From Chrysomallon squamiferum (lineage: Eukaryota > Animalia > Mollusca), in the NCBI GenBank assembly GCA_012295275.1, contig CM022671.1:22320001-22384000 (forward strand): a stretch of 64,000 bases of DNA, given 5' to 3'. The translations under genes were made by a program, and so were the position numbers. Each line of letters begins with the position of its first letter. Positions within the stretch are counted from its first letter, which is position 1. Shown here one piece after another: positions 45,078 through 57,498 of this stretch. Below the pieces are notes generated by a model. It ran no database searches. It saw only the letters and a list, made by a program, of their open reading frames with translations, and was not told the origin of the DNA.

Positions 45078-47084
45078 TAATAATATAATATTAATAATAA
45101 TAATAATAAATATCTTATTATATTAAAAATATTTCGTAAATGGTTAAATATATTAACTGTTCCAATTAAATTAAATTAATTTTCTTTCAAAAAAAAAAAA
45201 ACATTTCCTGTCAGTTGAATATACAGTATATATATATATATATATATATATATCAGTGACAGTTTATAATATTATTAATAACTATATAATAATATATCCC
45301 TGAATATATAAATATGTTTTTGATCATATAAATCATTATTACGATAACGCCAGAATTTCGCCGACCGCACACTGTCAGTTTAATTTTCGATGAATTAAAA
45401 TTATAAAAATACCACAGTGAATTTTTTTTTTTTTTTAAATAAACGAAATATACACCATACTAAACATTTAAAGATATTTCCATAGAAAATACTTACACCT
45501 ACATTAAAAAAAAACCCAGTACAAATCACAGTTACATTAAAACGAAATCGCATCCTTTGTATCAACGAAGCTAGTAGCAAATGACCTGAGATTTATCTTT
45601 GTTTCATTAATATGTCTGTATTTTGTGGCGCCGCTTTAATGACGGCGTCTGCAATATACATACATACATACATACCTATTTCTTTTTTTTTTTGTGTGTG
45701 TGTAAAGTAGCATTCACAACAAAAGTGTCTCTCTCTATCTAAATATAAACATATTGGCGTCTATAAATTTTATATTAGATCGCCAATCGCGAAGCTTGGG
45801 GCGAGAGCGTTTTGACGTGGGTGGCCACCATCGGTCTGTCTGGTTGTCTCTTTTTTCCTTCATTATGAATACATATTTTTTTTATTTCTGTAATTTCGCC
45901 ATTCGCGAATCTTCCTCTCTTTTTTTTCATATACATACATATTATTAAATCTTTATATACTTTTTGATTATAAGATAATAAAATAAAATAAAATAAAATA
46001 AAATAAAAAGAAGAAGAGGAAGAAGAAGAAGAAAAAAAAAGAAGATAGCACATTCTCGCAGATGGCAATAAAATATACCAATGCCACCGTGCTTGAAAAA
46101 AAAAAACGAAGAAAAAAAAAACTTTTAACACCTTGCACGCTAATAAACTACAGACGTTTATGGAGTGTGGCGCCCCGCATATTTATATCGTGGTACACGC
46201 AGTCGTACTGCTGTAACTGGAGTGTGTTTTAAGATGCAATAAACTGTGTGTTTGCTATCAAGTTTTTATCTTGATTATGTATCTCGTTCTGGCGATATTA
46301 ACACTTCCAGGCCGCGCTAAGTGTGCTGATGGAGAGGCAGGCAGGCAGGCAGGCAGGCAGGGAGAAGAAGAAGAAAAGAAAAAAAAAGGTTTCTAAGATC
46401 GCCACAACAACGTGCAAGCGTCTGAATGTCGCGAGGATGACGATAAAAGCGTTTGTGGCGCGAAGTGTTTTTTTTTTCTTCTTCTTTTCTTTTTTCCGCG
46501 ATGTGCAATGCAATGCGTCTGGGATAAAACACACTTATTAAAATGTCATAGGGTTGTGGTAGTTTTTTATTATTATTATTATTATTATTTTTTTTATCAT
46601 GTAGTCGTAGTAGTTGAAAACGAAACAAAACAAACAATTGAAGAAATAAATAATTAAAATATAGGTTTTTAGTACGTTTTTTTTTTTTTTCACACATATA
46701 GTCATTGTTATAAAGTATTCCCAAAAAAAAAAAAGAAAGAAAGAAAGACAAGGACACAAAACTTATTAAAGTGTCACTTTTTCACGTGTGGTCGTTAATG
46801 CTGTCGTAGTAAAAATCTCATATAATTTGATAAAGTTTGTAATTTAAAGCTGTTTTGATTGTAGTACTTGCTTGTCGTAGTTGAACTTAACGTCCTATGT
46901 TTTTAAAACTGGAAACAAAATATTCCGAAATAATACTAGCATTTTTCTCCCATTAACTTTTCTGTCAACTTGAAAAATACTCTTTTGTACGTTTCAATGA
47001 TTCATTTTACTAAACGCATTTTTAAAATTAAAAATAACTCTTTATTTATCAATGATTATGCACGTAGTGATCATATTAAGCAGC

Positions 47085-47131
<47 letters not shown>

Positions 47132-48159
47132 CATATACACACACACACACATGTATATCTTGGGCCTCATGACAAAAATATGCTAAATAGATTTTGGCAT
47201 ATGATCGTAATGTTGTCAAATACAGATTGAGTTGAGTATTTTATCGGTTTTTGTGATGGTTTTTAATATTATCGGAAGATTAAAAATATATATTTTGTTA
47301 ATAATATCACATACGGTCATTTTATTGTTAGGCCAGTAATACTTTCTCTGTTGAAACGGCAGTACTGTATGTATTCGTATTTTATGATTTTTGTTTTTAT
47401 TAATTAAAAGCAATACTTAAATGTTAAAAGTTTATCAACATTTTTAGCTAAAACAGTAACATTATTATACAAGCATCTTCCAGTAATTTTGATTATGACT
47501 TTTATTGTAAAGAAGATTAAATGTATACATTTTCCCCCACGGGTCGTTATAAAAATTACTATTACGATAGTATCTAAGTTTTTCTATGTCATAATATTTA
47601 TCAGAAGCAAGAAGCGATTCTTACATTGCACTAGTCAACCTAAAAGTACAGCTCTATCAGTGACAAGATTAGCAATATTGTCTGTTTAACAGTGTATGTA
47701 TCGTGGTTTTATCACAAACATGATAACAATAACAGTGCTGGCATTATTATTAAATAAATTTCGCGAGCTAGTATTTATCTGTTTCCGTGTTCACAAGTAA
47801 TTGAAACCAAAGGTTTATTTTATGACATCTCTTAAAATAACTTGCCAATCCTACAAATTAGTTTTTTTTTTACTGAACAAAAATTTAAAAAAATTAGGTA
47901 AACTATAACATAAGGATAGGTTTTTTTTTTTTTTTTTTTTTGTGAAGTATAATATAGGTTTGTAAATATGCAGTAGAGATGATAAATAAATAAATAAATT
48001 AATAAAATAATAATAAAATAATAATAATAATAATAAATATAATAATAATAAAAAAATAATTTTAATGATAATGATCATGATCATGATCATCATAATCCAC
48101 TTACATATCAAAATAAATATAAAAAAAAGTTAGAAAAGTTTCTATTTATTTATTATTAC

Positions 48160-48214
<55 letters not shown>

Positions 48215-48495
48215 ATTATTATTATTATTATAGGAAATATAAAAACTGACATATCATTAAGATATTTATTTTCCTTACCTCAGGCAGTGATTTTAATGAT
48301 CGTACAACCTAATTTCGACTGTCTTGTCAGATGTAGTATTCTATTTCGGGTTCTGTTTAGCTTAGAGGTTCTTGCTAATATCATATATTATTTACGATCA
48401 TGTGAGAGAGAGAAAGAGAGAGAAAAAAAAAACCTGTAACGTTAAAAAGACATAAAATAACACCACACGTTTATTTATCACTTTATTCATTTAAA

Positions 48496-48531
<36 letters not shown>

Positions 48532-48592
48532 GCTGTTACTACTAGTACTACTACAACATCTATTATTATTATTATCATTATTATTGTTGTTA

Positions 48593-48662
<70 letters not shown>

Positions 48663-48663
48663 T

Positions 48664-48696
<33 letters not shown>

Positions 48697-48757
48697 GCTG
48701 TTATTACTGTTACTACTGTTACTACTACAACATCTATTATTATTATTATCATTATTA

Positions 48758-48819
<62 letters not shown>

Positions 48820-49165
48820 TCAGGCGCATGTTTCCGGCATACAAAGTCAAACTCTCAGGACTCGACAAGAAATCCAAATACATTCTTCTCATGGACATCG
48901 TCCCCGTTGATGATTGTCGCTACAAGTTTCACAACGGCAAATGGACAGTAGCGGGCAAAGCTGACCCAGAGATGCCCAAGAGGATGTACATTCACCCTGA
49001 TTCACCCAGCACAGGAGAACAGTGGATGCAGAAAGTCATTTCATTTCACAAACTTAAAGTGACCAACAACATTTCCGATAAACATGGATATGTAAGTACA
49101 TCTGTTATAGTGTTTTTGTTTTATTTTATTTATTTTTATTTAAACTGAAATTATTGTTTTTAATG

Positions 49166-49208
<43 letters not shown>

Positions 49209-51318
49209 TTTATTATTTTTATTATTGGTATTATTTTTATTTCTATTTTAATTTTATAATTTTTATTTCTATTATATTTATTTCTATTGTTATATTTATT
49301 GCTATTGTTATTTTTATTATTATTTTCTCATTATAATTATTATTATTATTATTATTAGCATCAGCATTATCATTATCATTATCATTACTACTATTATTAT
49401 TACTAATACGTTAAAAACAAAAATACAAAAAATACCTCCTGTTTTATACGTTAGCAAAATCCATACATCTATTACAGTATGAATATGGTTTTCTTATAAT
49501 TTTAATCTGTGGAGGAATAATCGGTTATAACACCCAGTATTTTCTGAAACACTCTGTAATCAGGAACCAAAAGTCGACTAGCACCGTGCAATTATCTCAC
49601 TTTAATGTCTTTGTGCTTGTCCGTTTCTCACTGCAAAATGTCTATCGCTTGTCGATTTCTCACACAGAAATCATTGTCTATTGCACTTTCAGCCGGCTGT
49701 TATAATCACGTACTTTGTTCATAATCACGTATATTTTTTGATAATGACGTTCGTTTTAACGTCTTAATAACTAATAAAAAAGGGGGGAAAGAGTAAAAAA
49801 AAGGTTCGGGGACTGCCATTGCTCGCTCTTTTAATTCTGCTTATAAATGATTTTATTGTTAAGTTTGGAAGGAAATTTCTTGATTATTATTATTATTATT
49901 ATTTGGGTTTTTTATCTGGTTATCTTTTTCTCAGGTTATTTTGCCAGTAATTATAGGAAATAGTGTAAACGATGCTCAGGTGATCGCAAAACAAAACAAA
50001 ACAAAAAAGACATTTGGTGCGAGGGCTTACAGCTAGCTGACTATTAAATGATAATAATATTAATATTATTATTAATGATCATGAAAATAATAATTTATAT
50101 TTATTAATCTTATTATTATTATTATTATTATTAAATAAAGTAGATCATCAGCATATAAAAATATAAAACAAGTTTAGTTTTTAAAAACATTAAAATTTAA
50201 ATGATTTTTAAAATTATAAAAATAATAATGACAAAGAAAGAAAACAGATCCATTTTATTTTTTATTTCTAATATGATTACCTTATATAATAATTAGTTTT
50301 TTCTTAAATATTTTATATCTTTTTCCCTTTTGTGACAGAACAGGACAAAAGCATAGAATATTTCTTAAGAAAGTGCAAAGGCATTAAAGACAAAAATAAT
50401 TTTTCTATTCATAATAAAATAAACTTTACATATGTGTCTAAAGATAAAATCTTTCAAGTTAAATATTAATAATAATGATGTAAAAATGCAATGATGGTTG
50501 TAGAATATTTTTTTTTTTTTTAAATCTGTTAACGCTAACTTACCATTTATTTATTTATTTATTAATTTTTTTATTATTTATTTATTTATTATTTATTTTA
50601 TTATTTCTGCAAAAGTTTAATAAATAAATTTATAAGAAGTTGATTGAATAATGCAAAAAAAAAAAAAAAAAGACAAAAGAAAAGAAAACAATAATAATAA
50701 ATCAATAAAATAATAATAAATCATGGAATAATTGCATTATTTTCTCCAAACTGTTGATAAAATAGCGATACTGATGAAACAAAGATATATTAATACAGTT
50801 ATTTATTTATTGTTATTTTTTATTTTTTATTTGTTGTTGTTTTAAAACTCAGTATATCATTAGAAACCATCTGTAAATTATTTGTTTCACGTTATCTGCA
50901 TTTAAACCCATATTATAGAAAATTTAATTATTTTCTTTGTTTTTTCCCTTTTTTCCCTTCTTATTTTCCTTTATTTTTCCTGCTTTCCTTTTCATTCTTT
51001 CCTTTTCAGTTTTTCTTTTCCTTATCTCCTTTTTTCTATTCTTTCCTTCTCTCATTTTTCGTTCTCCTTTATTGACAGTCAGAGCTATTATAAAACGTAT
51101 TTTTGTATTTTTATATGTTACGGCACATTAAGTAATGGTGTTGCGAAACATACATTGTTAATAACATAATATGTTATATGTGGATCTATGAAAAACACTG
51201 CATTAGTATTGAGTTTTAGCATTGAGTTACAGCACACTGACTCAGCGTTTTAAATTAAAGTACATGCATCCTGTTATTGCTATTGTTTTTAATTGTTATT
51301 ATGATAATCTTCATCATT

Positions 51319-51349
<31 letters not shown>

Positions 51350-51873
51350 TAATTAAAAATAACCCAATTTCTCATAAAAAAAAAAAAAAAAAAAAAAAAA
51401 ATAAAAAAAAAAAATAAACAAAAAATAAAATAAAATAAAATAAAAATAAATAACCCAGTTGGACACTCTCGTTTTAATTCCATTAATTAATAATTAAAAT
51501 TATCGACCAGTTATCGAACAGCTGAAAATAGATCAAGTGACATGCATATTTCTCTGAAGGTTAATGACACTGACTGATTGTATGTATGTGTGTATTTCAG
51601 GCTATCCTCAATTCCATGCACAAGTACCAGCCCAGATTTCACTTGGTGCGAGCGAGCGATCTCCTGCGCTTACCGTACAGTTCCAGCAAAACGTTCGTGT
51701 TTCCTGAAACGCAGTTCATTGCAGTAACGGCTTATCAAAACGAAAAGGTATGTACATAATACATTAAAGGAAAAAAAATTAAAAATAATAATATTATAGA
51801 ATAAAGATCACTGTGTTATGGAAAGAATGGGGGGGGAACAAAGACAGATTTTTTTGTTTGTTTGTTTGTTTGT

Positions 51874-51964
<91 letters not shown>

Positions 51965-53053
51965 TTGCTTCTATTTTTTTATTTTAAATACATAGCCTAT
52001 ATATATCTTTCCATTCATGTTATTTATTTGATTTTTCTTATTTACATACATCATTTGTTTATTTTTTTTTTTTTTATTTATTTATTTTTTGTTAATGCTG
52101 TCCCCTTTTTTTACACATTATTCCATAATATCCGTTTCAAAATCAAAACCATATTCCCTTTTTCATTTTCTGACATTTTAGACTCTAGCTGTAATTTATT
52201 TTTAATATATATTTTTTCTACACCACATCCATAACACACACATACAACGACAGCACGGCGCACTGCGGACACTGTAAAGTATCCAGACGGCTTAAACGTC
52301 GACGTCATCAACGTCAAATGTGTATTCTGAAAATGCTGCCAACCTACCTGATCCGATAAATCTTAAACAGATAACACACACGGCGCCATGTCGAAGTTAT
52401 TATATACATACGCATATACACACATATATTTAGCATACAACCTTGAGTTTTCTTTTTTTTCCTCAGACTTTAAACGTTGCATATATTTCACTTAGCCCCT
52501 CTCTCACTCGTCGTTTATGACCATAACTGCATGTGTTTTTATTTGCCACAGTCGCCTGGCTAATCTCTCGAGATAGCTTTAAAGTTTTCGTAGAGGCGCC
52601 CTACTTTTTTCTTGTTCTTTATTTATTTTCCTTGTTTTTTTGTTTTTTTTTCCCTTCTCTTGTTAGGCGTTTAATTGCTATTCAGAGATTTATTATTTAT
52701 TATGTGGATTTTTTTTTTTTTTTCTTCAGATTACCAAACTGAAGATAGACCATAATCCCTTTGCCAAAGGTTTCAGAGAAAACGGAGGTGGTCGCCAAAG
52801 AAAGTAAGTTTTTTTCCTTTTTAAAATATTAATAAGTTTTATTTAAATTTCAAAAACATAAATTTGTGTTTTGAAAAGATATGACATATTTATGGTTACT
52901 TTATTTATTTTTATTTATTTTTTCAATGCTTTTTATTATTTTTTTTCTTTGCTGTTGCATCTTGAAGGTTCTTGAACTATATTTTAGGATTAAAAAAAAA
53001 AAAAAATACAAACAAACCAAACAACAACAAAACAGTTTTATTTTTCATCGTCT

Positions 53054-53094
<41 letters not shown>

Positions 53095-54023
53095 TCAGAT
53101 GTGCAGATCCATCAAAACAGGATCACGGAGCATCATTATCAGGAACCAGTGATGACGAGGATGAAATCTGCGTTGATGACGCAGACGATCACGTGACAAA
53201 TTCCACACACGAGACAGACGACAGCTTACGTTCGGAGAAGAAAGTGGACTCGAGCGACGAACGTCTCGAAGACTCCGGTTCCGAGGAACGAATCCAGGAA
53301 CAGGACGTTTCGAAAGAGGACGACGAGCACCAGGAAGAGATGAAACTGATTCAGCAACAGACTCAGTTGACCGTCGTGGAAGAAGTCAAAGTGAACGCCA
53401 GTCACCCTCCCAAAGCAGACCACTCGGTCGAGAAGCTCCTGAAACCCGACGAAGTGAAACACAACCCAGCCAAGCAGCTGAAGAGTCCTCCTAACGTGAC
53501 AGTGTGCCAGAGATCGTCTGGACATCCTTACTTCCCACTGTGCTATCCTCCGCAGCTGTTCGCTGGCAACACCTCGGCGTTCCACCATCCACTGAACTCG
53601 ATGTTCTTCTCCTCGCCGTCTCATCACCCCATGCTCAGGTCTCCCGGTCAGGACTCCCAGTCGCCTCTCACGCATCCCATTTTCGCTCACACGTCTCCTA
53701 TCTCCCTGTCTCACCAGCTGGCGCTGGCGCAGAGGTACCAGTCGCTCAGTGCCGCCGGCGCTTACGGAACGTCGTCGCCAATCGGGCCAATGTTGTCTTC
53801 CAGAGGTGGTCAGAGATTTCACCCTTACAACCTTTCTCCAGTTAGTCCTTACAACAACAACAGCAGCAACAACAACGGCTCTCCGAGTCCAGTGAGTCCT
53901 CATTCGCCGCTGTCGTCGTCGCCGAGCATGTCTCCAGTTGACAGGACGACGTCGTCATCACCCGTTAGCATCGTCAGCCCAGTTCCAGTGAGAGGACACT
54001 CAGTCTCGCCGAACTCGGCGTAA
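43790..54023 (+). CDS. tbx2/3: T-box transcription factor, Tbx2/3 (omb-like); spliced CDS join(43790..44124,48824..49091,51601..51747,52730..52803,53099..54023), 582 aa
   Basis: Manual splicing gives a continuous T-box: [19 protein letters not shown]|RMFP...DDCRYKFHN...[18 protein letters not shown]...[10 protein letters not shown]|[17 protein letters not shown]...[11 protein letters not shown]|[42 protein letters not shown] and NISDKHG are typical of the Tbx2/3 subfamily. Exon lengths 335+268+147+74+925=1749 nt, with consistent phases 2,0,0,2. Confidence 0.95.
48497..48819. repeat. Compound (TAT)n array with an internal tandem duplication, abutting the exon 2 acceptor
   Basis: TACTACTACAACATCTATTATTATTATTATCATTATTATTG occurs twice (about 48546 and 48720) within (TAT)n. 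Confidence 0.9.
48824..49091 (+). CDS. tbx2/3: Tbx2/3 coding exon 2 (T-box RMFPAYKV...SDKHGY)
   Basis: Acceptor TTTCAG ending 48823; donor TAT|GTAAGT at 49092; T-box core sequence. Confidence 0.96.
51601..51747 (+). CDS. tbx2/3: Tbx2/3 coding exon 3 ([49 protein letters not shown]); missed by the ORF track
   Basis: Acceptor TTTCAG ending 51600, branch-like CTGAC at 51570-51574, donor AAG|GTATGT at 51748; 147 nt, phase 0/0. Confidence 0.96.
52730..52803 (+). CDS. tbx2/3: Tbx2/3 coding exon 4 ([25 protein letters not shown]); missed by the ORF track
   Basis: Poly-T tract then CTTCAG ending 52729; donor AA|GTAAGT at 52804; NPFAKGFR is the terminal T-box DNA-contact helix. Confidence 0.96.
53099..54023 (+). 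CDS. tbx2/3: Tbx2/3 terminal coding exon (acidic region, SPPNVTV, RFHPY, Ser/Pro-rich tail, TAA stop)
   Basis: Acceptor TTTCAG ending 53098; AA+A completes a Lys codon in frame with ORF 52881..54023; abrupt rise in GC; RFHPY resembles the RFxPY motif of Tbx2/3 C-termini. Confidence 0.88.
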
Positions 54024-54734
54024 CGGTGGGCGTAAACCAGTTTCAAAAGTTGTTGTAATGACCGTTACTCAGTCCAAAGCCGACATGCAGTGAACTTTTA
54101 TAGTCCATAGTTTAAAACCGAGTTGACTTTGATTTCAAGGATAGTTTTGGGAAAGAATAACAATACTACTACTACTAATAATAATAATAATAAAATTTAC
54201 TGAGGAAATCTGTGAGACGATCAAAGGAGGACAGCTCAGACGGTGAAACCACAGACTCCAGCGGAACAGTCGATATAAAAGATTAGGTGGGTTAAATATT
54301 TTGATAACTGAATTTCATGTTGTTCTTATAGCATGTTATAATGAAGTATCCATGAGAACTTAGTGTTTTAACATAAATATTATTACTATTACTACTACTA
54401 CTGCTACTATTACTACAGCTATTACTTGACTATTGTTACGAAATTATTTTAATTTATTTATTATATTTTGTTACTTAGATTATTTGTTTATTCATTCATT
54501 ACTTCTTTATTTATTTATTAAAGTACTTATTCATTTAGGAATCTAATTTTATGTATATGAAAATTTATTTATTTATTTATATATTTTTATTTATTTATTT
54601 ATTTCTATTTTTCAGATTAACACAACAAAATAATCGACTGAAAGAAAATACGGAGCCAGCAGCCTGTCTTGCAGTTTCTCATCACGTGACCTAATACCTC
54701 ATTACAAATTATAATTAATGAAAAAGACATGCAG

Positions 54735-54769
<35 letters not shown>

Positions 54770-54940
54770 AATATATATATAATGATCTTAGCCAAAAATG
54801 AATTTGCTTTAAAAGTGTTAGTGCCATCAATATTTAAAAAAAAAAAAAAAAAAAGTTCCGTTGAATCATCTCGGTTTTTATGACAGCGGACATTTGAATA
54901 AAAATTAATGTGAGCCTATGACAATCAAAAGTGCAATAGT

Positions 54941-54984
<44 letters not shown>

Positions 54985-55040
54985 AATGTATGATGATATT
55001 ATCCTGAATACAGACAGAAGCTGTTTGGAGTATTTTGTGA

Positions 55041-55046
55041 AATAAA
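55041..55046 (+). other. Candidate polyadenylation signal of Tbx2/3
   Basis: AATAAA about 1 kb after the stop, followed by T/GT-rich sequence at about 55067-55092; other AATAAA copies exist nearby, so the assignment is uncertain. Confidence 0.4.
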
Positions 55047-55258
55047 TGTTAATATAAATATAAATATTTGTTGAGAGTTTTTTTTATTTTGATAGATTGA
55101 AAATTATGAAAATTGAATTTAATTTATTCACTGATTATTTATTTTTTATTTATTTACTTATTTATTTATTTATTTATATCTTAGAACACAAATATATATA
55201 TATATATATATATATATCATGTGTTTGGAACCTGAAACCAATTCCACATTATTATTAC

Positions 55259-55305
<47 letters not shown>

Positions 55306-55680
55306 TATTTAAACATTTATCCATATCACAGAATATTGTTTGTTGAAATAAAACATTTGGACTTTATATTTTTGTGACAAACAAATACACACTAACACAT
55401 ACACAAAATATACATTCAGTTTTCTTTAAACTATAAAATGAGTAAAACTAAAAGAAACTGAATAAAATATATTCATTTCATCCTTCATTCACATCATTAT
55501 GTTTCTTATCGTTATTAATATTAATATTATTTATTTATCTATTATTTTATAGTTATTTATTTATCTATATAAAATAACTTATTTAATTTATTTATTTATA
55601 TATTAACTTATTTTATTTATTTATGTATGTATTGATTTATTTATTTATTTATTTATATATTAACTTATTTATTTATTAAC

Positions 55681-55727
<47 letters not shown>

Positions 55728-56149
55728 TTGTTTTTGTTTTTGTTGTTGTCAGTATTTTTTTTTATTTGTTGTTTTCTTTCTCCTTTTTCTTTTTCTGTGA
55801 CACATGAAAAATGCTGACAAATGCAGACAGAGGTCAGAATGTATACTTCCTATCTGTCTATGACAGGTAAATTCACGTGTTGACAGGTAAAAAATACACA
55901 CCTGTCTATATGGCAGGCACAACAAAGGAGAAGGAATTTCATTTAAAAATGTAAATAATAAAAATAAAAAAAAACAAGATTGCTGATGAAGAATTCTGTG
56001 TTATTTCAAGTGATGAGATAATCATTATCCTATACTGGTAATGTGAGTCAGATCTTTAAATAATAATACTTATACTACTAGTACAATTAAAAATAAAATT
56101 AGTATTATTAGTATTATTGTATAATACAGATGATGAAAATGATACTAAA

Positions 56150-56197
<48 letters not shown>

Positions 56198-56595
56198 TTA
56201 AAATTGCATTAACTACAAGTGAAGAATTTTAATCTTAAAAATAATAAACTATGCAAACATACATACATACAAAGATACGTACGTACGTCCGTTCATAAAA
56301 GGTATGTACGTATGAATATATGTACGTACCTCTGGAACTTTGTATCTATATATCTATAATAATGTACACTTCTACGATTAGTTATGTTTGTTTGTACTTT
56401 AATTATATGCCCGTAGCTACGCATTCACATACAATTATGTATAAATTCCCATACTTGAAATTCTTTACTGTCACATTATATGATTTTATTTTATTTTATT
56501 TTTTTTTTAAATTTTATAATTATTTTTTTTAACCCGTCTTTTAGGTGTTCATTTCAGTTATCTAAATTTCATTCACGTAATTGTACGCAACGCTT

Positions 56596-56638
<43 letters not shown>

Positions 56639-57041
56639 GGTGACAAGTGTTCTACAATGCATCACGGGGTCAGTGTGACTCGGACGTCACGGCTCGCTGG
56701 TTCTGGAAGTAATCTGGAGATTATACTTTGGCTGGTATACTTTTGTGAACATGTTTATTTCTGTTATTTTATCTTCTTGTTAATTTCTTTACGGGCGCGT
56801 GCTACAACGCGATCGGTTTCACAATACGACCGTTTAATGCTGCGCACGTGAAATGTATTCCAGGGGCTGCGGTTACCTACAGCGTGTAAAAGAGAAAGAA
56901 AACTTTTTTTTTTCAGTTACGCGGTGCGCGCGCATATAATTATGTCCCGTTCCAACCTATGCCCCATTACAGGTATATAAAAAAAAAAAAAAAAAAAAAA
57001 AATGAAAAACTCACACACACACACACACACAGTATGAAAGA

Positions 57042-57085
<44 letters not shown>

Positions 57086-57457
57086 TTTGCGGCAAATCGG
57101 TAAGAGTAACCCTTTCAGCACCCCAACGGTGGTTTTCTCTTTTTTATCTCTTTTTATATAATTATTGAAGCGATGCATACATTTCGCTAATATTAGAGAA
57201 TAAATTTACACATGCCCGGAGAATAGACAAAGAATTAATAATAATTAATTTATCTATTTATTTATTTATTTATTTTATTTGGCTCTTATCTGGAAAGGTA
57301 AATCAGTCTTGATGGTTTGGATACTTCTACATTTTATATCTCTTAGATGATTATATCATTAATTTCTTTTATTTATGACGACAAGACAACCATCATTAAA
57401 TAAATGAACAGATAAAAAAGGTTAATAGTTATATTTCTTTACTTAATGGGGATAAAT

Positions 57458-57498
<41 letters not shown>

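Noticed and set aside
49092-49148. Read-through VSTSV... after exon 2, reminiscent of the VST insertion I recall in Drosophila Omb
   Set aside because: VST follows simply from the donor sequence GTAAGTACA, and no GT donor directly follows it.
52881-53098. N-terminal part of the 380-aa ORF
   Set aside because: Intronic low-complexity read-through; the real exon begins at the acceptor at 53099.
53226-53903. 225-aa minus-strand ORF and the 113-aa alternative-frame ORF 53504..53845
   Set aside because: Shadows of the GC-rich Tbx2/3 terminal exon; no independent domain or splice context.
54200-54286. Protein-like stretch RKSVRRSKEDSSDGETTDSSGTVDIKD after the stop
   Set aside because: No splice acceptor links it in frame to the CDS; treated as 3'UTR.
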